A stretch of DNA of 21,213 bases, from positions 1 to 21,213 of the IMG/VR virus record IMGVR_UViG_2534681774_000019; one strand, written 5' to 3'. The first letter of the stretch is position 1, and the number at the start of each line of letters is the position of its first letter. Shown one piece after another: positions 9,881-18,105 of the stretch. The stretch comes from a virus. Lineage: Duplodnaviria > Heunggongvirae > Uroviricota > Caudoviricetes. The notes beneath the pieces were generated by a model. The model had not been told where the DNA came from, made no database searches, and was given only the letters and a program-made list of their open reading frames with translations. A program made the translations under genes and the position numbers.

Positions 9881-10176
9881 ACTGTTTTCAGTTTGTGTGC
9901 GGATGTGCTTTCGATAACCCGATTCAGCGCCTGATTATGTTGCGTGTTTTGATGTCGGGTTCTTCAGACGGTGAAGGCGAGAGAGTTATTGATCATCAGG
10001 TGCTTGCTGATTTCTGCTGTTGTTCTAAGCAAGCGATATTCAGGGAAACCCTGGCACTGGAAAGAGCTGGTTATCTTCATATCCGAAAAATTGCAACGCT
10101 TACTATTGATGCAAAAGCCAGACTACAACCTGCGCGTGGCTACACAATTCTCATGCCGCGGAAGGAGGTTGTATGA
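9877..10176 (+). CDS. hypothetical protein (99 aa), possible HTH
   Basis: ORF track; GTG start with GGGAGG RBS, GTGA overlap upstream and ATGA overlap downstream. Confidence 0.45.
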   Translation: MNCFQFVCGCAFDNPIQRLIMLRVLMSGSSDGEGERVIDHQVLADFCCCSKQAIFRETLALERAGYLHIRKIATLTIDAKARLQPARGYTILMPRKEVV

Positions 10177-11165
10177 GCCGTTACGCCCCCACACCGGAAG
10201 TTATGGCTATTGGTCAAATTAATATTTCCGGCAATGTTACACCTGCGAACTGGTGGAAATATATTCGACTACCCAGTGGGCGTCCGGATGCGACGGCTAT
10301 CGCTCTGCTTTCAGAGATCGTTTACTGGTACCGCCCGACAGAGGTCAGGGATGAGCACACCGGAGCGTTGCTGGGATATCGCAAGCGTTTTCAGGGCGAC
10401 AAACTGCAAAGAAGCTACCAGGCGTTTGCTGAGCAGTTTGGTTTCGGGAAAAGGGAAACCGCAGATGCGCTGAAGCGTCTGCGCGATGCAGGGTTTATTA
10501 CTCTGGATTTACGCACGGTGGAAATGCTCGATGGGGTGAAATGCAGCAATATTTTGTTTGTCGGGATCAACCCACAGGCAATTGCGGCCATCACCACACC
10601 TTCTTCTGTTTCGCCAGAAAGTAACAGCAATAATGCAATCAGCGATACAGCTATTACGTTAAAACGGAACACCCCCCGACGTCATAACGGAACAGGGGAT
10701 ACGCCGAATGTTGATACAAATACAGAGATTACTACAGAGATTACAACGGAGACTAAAAACACTATTGATGCATCCGCTGACGCGTCTGCGCCAGCGCGTT
10801 CTGCCCGACAGGAATATTCACCGGAATTTGAACAGGCCTGGCAGGAATATCCCAAACGTGCTGGTGGCAATTCCAAGTCAGCAGCCTTCAAAGCCTGGAA
10901 AGCCCGTATCAGGGAGGGAATAAAACCGGAGACCATGCTTGATGGCGTGAAGCGGTATGCCGCCTGGGTACGTGCTACAGGAAATATCGGCACACAGTTC
11001 GTGAAGCAGGCTGCGACGTTCTTTGGACCCGATCGTCACTTCGAAGATTACTGGCAACAGCCAGCCGCTCACGGAGGTGGGCGACAGCGACAGGTCGATG
11101 TCCTGGCTGGCCTGGGAGCCATGTCTGACAAATTCGGTAAATCCAGTAACAAATTGACATTCTGA
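10173..11165 (+). CDS. phage replication initiator / replisome organizer (N-terminal DNA-binding region plus conserved phage C-terminal domain)
   Basis: ORF track 330 aa; strong RBS GGAAGGAGG; C-terminal YSPEFEQAWQEYPKRAGGNSKSAAFKAWKARIREGIKPETMLDGVKRYAAWV pattern typical of lambdoid replication proteins; immediately upstream of the DnaC-like and DnaB-like genes. Confidence 0.65.
   Translation: MSRYAPTPEVMAIGQINISGNVTPANWWKYIRLPSGRPDATAIALLSEIVYWYRPTEVRDEHTGALLGYRKRFQGDKLQRSYQAFAEQFGFGKRETADALKRLRDAGFITLDLRTVEMLDGVKCSNILFVGINPQAIAAITTPSSVSPESNSNNAISDTAITLKRNTPRRHNGTGDTPNVDTNTEITTEITTETKNTIDASADASAPARSARQEYSPEFEQAWQEYPKRAGGNSKSAAFKAWKARIREGIKPETMLDGVKRYAAWVRATGNIGTQFVKQAATFFGPDRHFEDYWQQPAAHGGGRQRQVDVLAGLGAMSDKFGKSSNKLTF
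10722..10757. repeat. three tandem 12-bp repeats inside the replication initiator gene (iteron-like)
   Basis: ACAGAGATTACT / ACAGAGATTACA / ACGGAGACTAAA, encoding TEIT-TEIT-TETK. Confidence 0.5.
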
Positions 11166-11166
11166 G

Positions 11167-12075
11167 GTGACAGCGATGATGACGATTGACCAACGTGAGA
11201 AACAAACAAGACTACAGGCGCGAATGGATGAGTTACGGGCAGAAATGGATGAGTTACGGGCAGAGATTGCATTTGCTCAGAAGGGCGAAAAGCCATGGCC
11301 TTATCGTTCCTGCCTGATGCGTGAAGGTCGCGGATATTGCGAAAAACACGGTAAATATCGTACGCATATACTGGTGTGGATCGATCGTAATGGCGAGGAC
11401 AGAGAAAAAATTTCATGCTGCCCTGACTGCTTGATCGCTGAGGCCAGTGATTTGACCATGGAACTGTCGTCCCTCAAGGCGGAAGAACTGACTGATAACG
11501 CCGGAATTGCTCTGCGTTTTCGGGACTGCGAGTTTGATAATTATCTGGAGGTTAATCCTGACGCAGCCAGAAATCTTGCGGCCTGTCGCCGCTATGCGGA
11601 GAACTGGCCAGATATGCTGGAGAACGGTACCAGTCTTGTTATGACCGGCAGTTGCGGTACCGGGAAAAATCATCTGGCGGTATCAATGGCAAAACACATC
11701 ATCCGTAACTATCTGGCCAGTGTGGAGATCACCGACGTGATGCGCCTTACCCGGGCTGTGAAAAACTGCTGGCGGAATGACAGTGAAAAAACAGCGGATG
11801 ACGTCATTGAGCATTATGCGTCACTGGATTTGCTGATTGTCGACGAAGTCGGCGTTCAGTTTGGCAGTGCGGCTGAAATGGCCATTTTGCAGGAAATTAT
11901 CAATGCCCGGTATGAGGGTATTTTGCCAACTATCCTGATCAGCAACCTTTCACCGGAAGAATTGTGGGCGTTCATCAGTCCCCGGATTGCCGACAGGATC
12001 ACCGATGGCGGGCGCAACTGGTTGTCGTTTAACTGGCCCAGCTACCGTTCTCGTATCGGAGGTGTTGCCGCATGA
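11167..12075 (+). CDS. DnaC-like helicase loader (AAA+ ATPase)
   Basis: ORF track 302 aa; Walker A GSCGTGKNHL, Walker B LLIVDEVG; start may instead be ATG 11176 (RBS GAGGTGA); stop overlaps the DnaB-like start. Confidence 0.85.
   Translation: MTAMMTIDQREKQTRLQARMDELRAEMDELRAEIAFAQKGEKPWPYRSCLMREGRGYCEKHGKYRTHILVWIDRNGEDREKISCCPDCLIAEASDLTMELSSLKAEELTDNAGIALRFRDCEFDNYLEVNPDAARNLAACRRYAENWPDMLENGTSLVMTGSCGTGKNHLAVSMAKHIIRNYLASVEITDVMRLTRAVKNCWRNDSEKTADDVIEHYASLDLLIVDEVGVQFGSAAEMAILQEIINARYEGILPTILISNLSPEELWAFISPRIADRITDGGRNWLSFNWPSYRSRIGGVAA
11224..11265. repeat. 21-bp in-frame tandem duplication inside the DnaC-like gene
   Basis: ATGGATGAGTTACGGGCAGAA followed by ATGGATGAGTTACGGGCAGAG (20/21 identical), encoding MDELRAE twice. 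Confidence 0.7.
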
Positions 12076-13472
12076 CCAGCCAGAACACCCCGGCATGGCG
12101 TAACGATGACCTGGAAGGCGCTGTCATCGGTGCGTTTTTTCTGCGTGGGGCCGATCCGGAAGTGATGGATATTCTGGCCACACTTCCGGCGGATGTATTT
12201 TTTGTGCGTCAGTACCGGGATATTTACGCGGGGATTTGCAGACAGGCTCGCATATTCGGCGTCATTGACCCCGTACTGCTGTGCAATGAGATGCCGGAAC
12301 TTGCCCCGGTGATTACCGACACCGGACGCAAAACCTGGGTGAAGTCTTCACTGGAGCACTATGTCGCAGCGTTGCGGCGCAATGCCGCACTGCGCGATGC
12401 AGAAAAAACACTGACTGAAGCATTACAGAATTTACGTGATGCGTATACCTGTGAAGCAGCCGAGGATGCCCTGAAGGATGCGCAGAACATGATGGCCTCA
12501 CTGTCGACCGGAAAGGGCGTCATTCAGCCGGTTCACATTGATGATGTCCTTCCGGAAGTGGTCGACCGTGTTGAATGCCGCAATCAGGGACTGGAGAAAT
12601 CCAGGGCGCTGATGACCGGTATTGATGAACTGGACGCAAAAACGGGCGGTATGGAGCCCGGAGACCTGGTATTCATTGCCGCCCGTCCTTCGATGGGGAA
12701 AACCGAACTTGCGCTGGACATCATCGACAAGGTGACTGAGCAGGGGCATGGCGTGCTTCTGTTCACCATGGAGATGGCGAACATCCAGATTGGTGAACGT
12801 ATGGTGTCTGCTGCCGGTGGAATGCCGGTATCCCGTCTTAAGTCTGTTGCCCGTTTTGAAGATGAAGACTGGGCGCGTTTCTCGCAGGGCGTGGGACGAA
12901 TGACGGGGCGTAATATCTGGATGGTGGACCAGGCAAACCTGACCATTGATGAGATATGTGCAACCACGAAGCACCACCGGATGAAACACCCGGAAACGGC
13001 GCTGGTTGTGGTCGATTACCTCGGCCTGATTAAAACCCGCAGCACGGGGCGTCACGACCTTGCTGTGGGGGAAATCTCAAAGGGACTTAAAAGCCTGGCA
13101 AAATCCGGCGGTTTTCCGCTGATTGCTCTGAGCCAGCTCTCCCGCGGCGTGGAATCCAGACCCAATAAACGCCCAATGAACTCGGACCTGAAAAACTCCG
13201 GGGAAATCGAGGCGGATGCCGACATCATTCTGATGCTTTACAGGGATGAGGTATACAACCCGGAAACTCAGGCCAGAGGCATAGCAGAAATCAACATCAC
13301 GAAACAGCGTAATGGCACGCTCGGGACCATTTACCGGCGTTTTCATAACGGACATTTTCTGCCTGTGGACCAGGAGAGTGCCCGGGTTCTTTCCACACCC
13401 ATGACGCCGGGCAATCCGCGCAGATACAGCAATAACCGCATGTCGGGCAGTAAAACGGAGCGTTTATTTTGA
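12072..13472 (+). CDS. DnaB-family replicative helicase
   Basis: ORF track 466 aa; RBS GGAGGTG; C-terminal RecA-like domain with Walker A ARPSMGKTELAL and DnaB-like motifs (VVVDYLGLI, ALSQLSRGVESR). Confidence 0.9.
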   Translation: MTSQNTPAWRNDDLEGAVIGAFFLRGADPEVMDILATLPADVFFVRQYRDIYAGICRQARIFGVIDPVLLCNEMPELAPVITDTGRKTWVKSSLEHYVAALRRNAALRDAEKTLTEALQNLRDAYTCEAAEDALKDAQNMMASLSTGKGVIQPVHIDDVLPEVVDRVECRNQGLEKSRALMTGIDELDAKTGGMEPGDLVFIAARPSMGKTELALDIIDKVTEQGHGVLLFTMEMANIQIGERMVSAAGGMPVSRLKSVARFEDEDWARFSQGVGRMTGRNIWMVDQANLTIDEICATTKHHRMKHPETALVVVDYLGLIKTRSTGRHDLAVGEISKGLKSLAKSGGFPLIALSQLSRGVESRPNKRPMNSDLKNSGEIEADADIILMLYRDEVYNPETQARGIAEINITKQRNGTLGTIYRRFHNGHFLPVDQESARVLSTPMTPGNPRRYSNNRMSGSKTERLF

Positions 13473-13726
13473 ACAACAGAGCAATCACTGTTTCACCGGA
13501 ACAACTTCGTCGGCAGGCGCAGGAGATGCTTCGTTGTGCTGAACAGATGGAAAAAACGAGCGTGGCAAAGGATACGCTCCGCAAGCAGCTTACTCCGGCG
13601 CTGCGTGATCTGCTGCTGGCAAAACACCGCACACAAAAGGCGGTGGATGAGCTGGTGGATTGCGTGGCGGAACTGGAAGGCCAGGTAAGCCAGTTTGAAA
13701 TACTGGTGAAGGAGTTTACTGCGTGA
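13469..13726 (+). CDS. hypothetical protein (85 aa)
   Basis: ORF track; TTG start overlapping the DnaB-like stop; predicted helical. Confidence 0.4.
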   Translation: MNNRAITVSPEQLRRQAQEMLRCAEQMEKTSVAKDTLRKQLTPALRDLLLAKHRTQKAVDELVDCVAELEGQVSQFEILVKEFTA

Positions 13727-13777
13727 TGGCTGAATTTTTTCTTCTGCGTTCATGCAATACCGTTCGCTGAGGTGACC

Positions 13778-14767
13778 GTGAGAGCACTACTGACCCCTGA
13801 AATTGCCCCGCGTATGGGGATCGTATTGTTCAGGCCCGGTTCAGAGCTGATGCCCCTGTTTATGCAGGGGCGTGTCCTGCTGGAGCCTGAGCCGGAACGT
13901 TATTCATCTTTTGCCAGTGGTGCCGTTCCGGCGGCATCACAACCGCTGGCGGATGATCCTGCCGTTCGGGCCGTGTTCCGCAATGAGGCAGTGATCCGTC
14001 GTGCTGGTGGCGTGGAATGTCTTGAAAGCTGGTTACTTCGTGAAAAGGGCTGTCAGTGGCCTCATTCCAACTGGCACAGCGAGAACATGACCACAATGCG
14101 ACACGCTCCGGGCGCAATCCGTCTGTGCTGGCACTGCGATAACCAGCTGCGCGATCAGTTCACGGAACGGCTGGAATCAATGGCAACGGATAACTGTGCC
14201 CGCTGGGTGTTGTCTGTTGTGCGTCGGGAGCTCGGTTTTGACGACAGTCACGTTGTGACAATGCCGGAACTGTGCTGGTGGCTGATTCGTAATGATCTGG
14301 CGGATGCCTTATCGGAAAGTGCAGCCCGTAAGGCACTGAGATTACCGAAGCCTGTTGTGCCGTCTGTTACCCGGGAAAGTGACCTTGTGCCTTCGGTTAC
14401 TGCCACCAGCATCATCCAGGATAAGGCGAAAAAGGTGCTGGCGCTGAAAGTGGATCCGGAGTCGCCGGAGTCTTTTATGTTACGCCCAAAACGTCGCCGC
14501 TGGGTTAATGAAAAGTACACGCGCTGGGTTAAGACGCAGCCGTGCGCATGTTGCGGAAAGCCTGCTGATGATGCCCACCACCTGATAGGCCACGGTCAGG
14601 GTGGAATGGGAACAAAATCCCACGATATTTTCACACTACCGCTGTGTCGGGAACATCACAACGAGCTTCATGCGGATCCGCTGGCATTCGAAGAAAAGCA
14701 TGGTTCCCAGGTTGATTTAATTTTTCATTTTCTTGATCACGCCTTTGCAACCGGCGTGCTTGGGTAA
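13778..14767 (+). CDS. DUF968-like protein with C-terminal HNH-type motif (YdfU-like)
   Basis: ORF track 13772..14767; GTG 13778 preferred because of GAGG spacing. C-terminus CACCGKPADDAHHLIGHGQGGMGTKSHDIFTLPLCREHHNELH has the Cys/His pattern of HNH nucleases. Confidence 0.6.
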   Translation: MRALLTPEIAPRMGIVLFRPGSELMPLFMQGRVLLEPEPERYSSFASGAVPAASQPLADDPAVRAVFRNEAVIRRAGGVECLESWLLREKGCQWPHSNWHSENMTTMRHAPGAIRLCWHCDNQLRDQFTERLESMATDNCARWVLSVVRRELGFDDSHVVTMPELCWWLIRNDLADALSESAARKALRLPKPVVPSVTRESDLVPSVTATSIIQDKAKKVLALKVDPESPESFMLRPKRRRWVNEKYTRWVKTQPCACCGKPADDAHHLIGHGQGGMGTKSHDIFTLPLCREHHNELHADPLAFEEKHGSQVDLIFHFLDHAFATGVLG

Positions 14768-14779
14768 AAGAGGTTACTG

Positions 14780-15139
14780 ATGCGTATAGAGTTTGTTTTG
14801 CCTTACCCGCCAACGGTGAACACCTACTGGCGACGTCGTGACAACACATATTTTGTATCAAAATCCGGTGAGCGTTATCGCCGGGATGTGGCGCTAATTG
14901 TTCGCGAGCAGCGGCTGAAATTAAACCTGTCCGGACGGCTGGCGATAAAGATTATTGCAGAGCCACCGGATAAGCGTCGTCGTGACCTGGACAATATCCT
15001 GAAAGCACCACTGGATGCGCTGACGCATGCCGGACTTCTCATAGACGACGAGCAGTTTGATGAAATTAATATTGTGCGCGGTCAGCTCGTTCCTGGGGGG
15101 CGGCTGGGCGTGAAGATTTACAAAATTGAGAGTGAGTGA
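14780..15139 (+). CDS. rusA: RusA Holliday junction resolvase
   Basis: ORF track 119 aa; AAGAGG RBS; LPYPPTVNTYWRRR ... DKRRRDLDNILKAPLDAL ... GGRLGVKIYKIE closely parallels E. coli RusA, including the catalytic Asp cluster. Confidence 0.9.
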   Translation: MRIEFVLPYPPTVNTYWRRRDNTYFVSKSGERYRRDVALIVREQRLKLNLSGRLAIKIIAEPPDKRRRDLDNILKAPLDALTHAGLLIDDEQFDEINIVRGQLVPGGRLGVKIYKIESE

Positions 15140-15690
15140 TCGTAAATATGATATACCCGGAAATTACAGGCAAAAGCGGCGAGCATTTACGTCTAAAAAC
15201 GCTGGAAGCCGTCTGGATCCAGGGGAAATTACGGATGTGGGGGCGTTGGTCGTACATAGGTGGTGGCAAACCAGGAAATATGTTCAATCAGTTGCTGACA
15301 TCCAAAAAACTGACAAAAACCGCGATCAATGAAGCCCTGCGTAGAATCAGGGAGTCAGGGATTGATAAACCAGAGCTGGAAGCATTCTTGCGAGAGATGA
15401 TCGCTGGCAGACAGAAGAGCTGGTTGTCTCACTGTACTGATGCAGAGGCGTTACGCATTGATGGGGTGATAAGTAAAGCGCTTGCACGTTATCCTGGATT
15501 GATTGATATCCTGCGGCAAAGATACGAAGGGCGGGGGATGAGTAAACGCAAAATGGCTGAATTGTTGAATGAGGTGCACCCGGAATGGTGTTTTAGTACA
15601 TGCGAAAAGCGAATTGCTAATTGGTTGGCTGTTGCTGAATATGCGCTATACATCCCTATGCGAGAATCGTTTGCTCAAAAAATGTCTTGA
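15136..15690 (+). CDS. putative late-gene antiterminator (Q-like), assigned mainly by position
   Basis: ORF track 184 aa; GTG start overlapping the rusA stop; lies between rusA and a short terminated leader upstream of the late genes. Sequence is not lambda-Q-like; family assignment is tentative. Confidence 0.45.
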   Translation: MIVNMIYPEITGKSGEHLRLKTLEAVWIQGKLRMWGRWSYIGGGKPGNMFNQLLTSKKLTKTAINEALRRIRESGIDKPELEAFLREMIAGRQKSWLSHCTDAEALRIDGVISKALARYPGLIDILRQRYEGRGMSKRKMAELLNEVHPEWCFSTCEKRIANWLAVAEYALYIPMRESFAQKMS

Positions 15691-15715
15691 TTTTTTACGC
15701 ATAAACTGTTTCAAT
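15687..15715 (+). promoter_or_regulatory. candidate late promoter (PR'-like)
   Basis: -35 TTGATT (15687..15692), 17-bp spacer, -10 TTCAAT (15710..15715); about 60 nt upstream of the terminator at 15775. Confidence 0.25.
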
Positions 15716-15774
15716 CCAGCTACGCTTCGCAAAGCTATACCGCGAGGCGAATAGCAGACATGGACACCTGAAAG

Positions 15775-15798
15775 AACCCGTTTTATGCGGGTTTTTTT
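15775..15798 (+). terminator. rho-independent terminator downstream of the Q-like gene (tR'-like)
   Basis: Stem AACCCG/CGGGTT (15775..15780 / 15788..15793), 7-nt loop, T-run through 15798. Confidence 0.5.
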
Positions 15799-15921
15799 GT
15801 GCCCGAAAAGCGGTACAGGACGTTAAATGCGCTGGTGGTTGCGAATGCCGGTCTTTCAGCTTGCTGGCTTTTTCGACAAGAGGTATTGGTATGTCACGTT
15901 AACCGGAAAAGGGAAAAAGGC

Positions 15922-16119
15922 ATGCTAAAACAGCAGGATATGACCGAAACCGCCAGAGTGGTGTTTAATGAATTAAGCGTCACCGAACCGGCGACCGTCG
16001 GGGAAATTGCGCAGAATACTTACCTTTCACGCGAACGCTGCCAGTTAATACTGACTCAGCTTGTTATGGCGGGTCTGGCAGATTATCAGTTCGGTTGTTA
16101 CAGACGCCTTCCTCAGTGA
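15922..16119 (+). CDS. small putative winged-helix protein (65 aa)
   Basis: ORF track 15799..16119 trimmed to ATG 15922 with AAGGG/AAAAAGG upstream; MLKQQDMTETARVVFNELSVTEPATVGEIAQNTYLSRERCQLILTQLVMAGL. Confidence 0.4.
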   Translation: MLKQQDMTETARVVFNELSVTEPATVGEIAQNTYLSRERCQLILTQLVMAGLADYQFGCYRRLPQ

Positions 16120-16268
16120 AGGTTTTTAATTTGTGGTAATGGGCGGCTGGTGGGTGTTAGCGGCACCTGCCAGCCATCTGCTCATGCGTTGGGGTCACAA
16201 GCAAACCTCAGGCCCATCTGCTTTGCGCAAAAGCGGTATGAGCCTATCAGAGAAGTGCTTATTGATCT

Positions 16269-17318
16269 ATGATTAATACTGTAAAAATATCCAGTTGTGA
16301 GTTAATCAACGCTGATTGCCTGGAATTTATCCAGACCTTACCGGAAAACTCTGTCGATCTGATAGTCACAGACCCGCCATACTTTAAAGTGAAGCCCGAG
16401 GGCTGGGATAACCAGTGGGAGGGCGACGATGATTACCTGAAATGGCTGGACCAGTGTCTGGCGCAGTTCTGGCGGGTACTGAAGCCTGCCGGAAGTCTTT
16501 ACCTGTTCTGTGGTCATCGCCTGGCATCTGACACCGAAATCATGATGCGTGAGCGCTTTAATGTGCTGAACCACATTATCTGGGCGAAGCCGTCCGGACG
16601 CTGGAACGGGTGCAATAAGGAAAGTCTGCGGGCGTATTTTCCGGCAACAGAGCGCATTCTGTTTGCAGAACATTATCAGGGACCGTATCGCCCGAAAGAT
16701 GATGGCTATGTGGCACAGGGGCGCGAGCTAAAACAGCACGTCATGGCCCCGCTGATTTCTTACTTTCGTGATGCGCGTAAATCACTGGGAATAACGTCAA
16801 AACAGATAGCGGAAGCCACCGGAAAGAAAAACATGGCTTCGCACTGGTTTGGTACCAGTCAGTGGCAGTTACCGAACGAGGGTGATTACAACAAATTGCA
16901 GGCGTTGTTTGCCCGGGTGGCAGAAGAGAAACATCAGCGCGGGGAACTGGAAAAGCCACACCACCAGCTGGTCAGCACATACAGTGAGCTGAACCGGCAG
17001 TATATGGAACTGCTGAGTGAATATAAAAATTTGCGGCGGTATTTCGGTGTGACGGTGCAGGTGCCGTACACCGATGTGTGGACGTATAAACCGGTGCAGT
17101 ACTATCCAGGGAAACATCCGTGCGAAAAACCGGCAGAAATGCTGCAGCAGATAATCAGCGCAAGTAGTCGTCCTGGTGATCTGGTTGCGGATTTTTTCAT
17201 GGGGTCGGGTTCAACGGTAAAAGCGGCGATGGCACTGGGGCGTCGTGCGATTGGTGTTGAGCTGGAGACCGGACGTTTTGAGCAGACAGTCAGGGAAGTT
17301 CAGGATTTAATCGTTTGA
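16269..17318 (+). CDS. beta-class DNA methyltransferase (N6-adenine or N4-cytosine), no partner restriction gene
   Basis: ORF track 349 aa; catalytic DPPY near the N-terminus (LIVTDPPYF) and AdoMet-binding FFMGSGST near the C-terminus. Confidence 0.85.
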   Translation: MINTVKISSCELINADCLEFIQTLPENSVDLIVTDPPYFKVKPEGWDNQWEGDDDYLKWLDQCLAQFWRVLKPAGSLYLFCGHRLASDTEIMMRERFNVLNHIIWAKPSGRWNGCNKESLRAYFPATERILFAEHYQGPYRPKDDGYVAQGRELKQHVMAPLISYFRDARKSLGITSKQIAEATGKKNMASHWFGTSQWQLPNEGDYNKLQALFARVAEEKHQRGELEKPHHQLVSTYSELNRQYMELLSEYKNLRRYFGVTVQVPYTDVWTYKPVQYYPGKHPCEKPAEMLQQIISASSRPGDLVADFFMGSGSTVKAAMALGRRAIGVELETGRFEQTVREVQDLIV

Positions 17319-17367
17319 AACGGATGAGATTGCAGTATTAATTCCGTAACGTTATTATTCTGCGCGC

Positions 17368-17443
17368 GGCCCTTTAGCTCAGTGGTGAGAGCGAGCGACT
17401 CATAATCGCCAGGTCGCTGGTTCAAATCCAGCAAGGGCCACCA
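17368..17443 (+). tRNA. tRNA with CAU anticodon, tRNA-Ile2 (lysidine) type, ileZ-like
   Basis: Cloverleaf GGCCCTT / D-arm GCTCAGTGGTGAGAGC / anticodon loop CTCATAA / T-arm GGTTCAAATCC / AAGGGCC-ACCA; near-identical in architecture to E. coli ileX (acceptor C4, C5). Confidence 0.9.
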
Positions 17444-17540
17444 TCACATACCGCCATTATCTCATCAGGAAAGAGCGCCAGCCTTCGAAGCTGGTTGCGC
17501 GGAGTTCGGGTCCCCGAAGGCGGTCCATTATCTGTATCCT

Positions 17541-17617
17541 GCGTTGTTAGCTCAGCCGGACAGAGCAATTGCCTTCTAAGCAATCGGTCACTGGTTCGAA
17601 TCCAGTACAACGCGCCA
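17541..17617 (+). tRNA. tRNA-Arg (anticodon UCU), argN-like
   Basis: Acceptor GCGTTGT/ACAACGC, anticodon loop CTTCTAA, T-loop GGTTCGAATCC, discriminator G, encoded CCA. Confidence 0.9.
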
Positions 17618-17631
17618 CACTTATTTTCCCT

Positions 17632-17656
17632 GGCTCGCTTTTGCGGGCCTTTTTTT
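17632..17656 (+). terminator. rho-independent terminator after the tRNA pair
   Basis: Stem GGCTCGC/GCGGGCC (one G-U pair), loop TTTT, followed by seven T. Confidence 0.6.
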
Positions 17657-17852
17657 AATAGTCTCACAATTCAGACGGTTGACAGTTGTCTGTTTTGCGG
17701 GGAGTTTGTTAAAAGAAACTGGCATGGTGAATCCCCCTGTGCGGAGGGGCAATCAGCGAGTAGGTATATGGGATAATCGTGGATTCAGGTGCTGGTACTG
17801 AATTCACCGGGAGGCACCCGGCACCATGCAATGGCACATAGCGCCACTCTCC

Positions 17853-17878
17853 AGCCCCTCTCCGGAGGGGCTTTCTTA
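17853..17878 (+). terminator. rho-independent terminator (plus strand) in the cargo slot
   Basis: Perfect 8-bp stem AGCCCCTC/GAGGGGCT, loop TCCG, followed by TTCTT. Confidence 0.5.
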
Positions 17879-17883
17879 TGGAC

Positions 17884-17912
17884 AAAAAAAGCCCGCGCAG
17901 GGAGACGCGGGC
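17884..17912 (-). terminator. rho-independent terminator oriented for leftward transcription, back to back with 17853..17878
   Basis: Perfect 7-bp stem GCCCGCG/CGCGGGC (17891..17897 / 17906..17912); A7 on plus strand gives a T-run on the minus strand. Confidence 0.45.
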
Positions 17913-18105
17913 GGCAAGGAATAAACAACAAAACGTGAAGTAATATTTCAGCTGGCGAATAATATCCGACAGTAATCACTCTGCGCAATAGCGCGGCCTT
18001 TTTCGTATTGCGGGCTGTTGTCTCTCTTCTGCCATTGTCCTGTAACTTCCGGACTTCAGCCCGCTCCTCATTTTACTCACAATATTATCCCGGCCGGGAG
18101 GATTC

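Noticed and set aside
12498-13055. Long minus-strand ORFs (185 aa and 127 aa) antisense to the DnaB-like helicase gene
   Set aside because: They lie entirely inside a strongly supported plus-strand gene with conserved helicase motifs, have no RBS, and give low-complexity Arg/His-rich products typical of antisense frames in GC-rich coding DNA.
17495-17776. 93-aa plus-strand ORF across the second tRNA and the following terminator
   Set aside because: Overlaps a confidently folded tRNA-Arg gene and a terminator hairpin; spurious.
17987-18003. Possible weak terminator (GCGC-AATA-GCGC followed by TTTTT)
   Set aside because: Only a 4-bp stem can be drawn; too weak to call.
17618-18105. Looked for a third tRNA (argO-like) and for stxA/stxB remnants downstream of the tRNA pair
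   Set aside because: No GTTCGAATC-type T-loop or acceptor-stem pairing beyond the two tRNAs and no ORF of toxin-subunit size; the region contains only hairpins.
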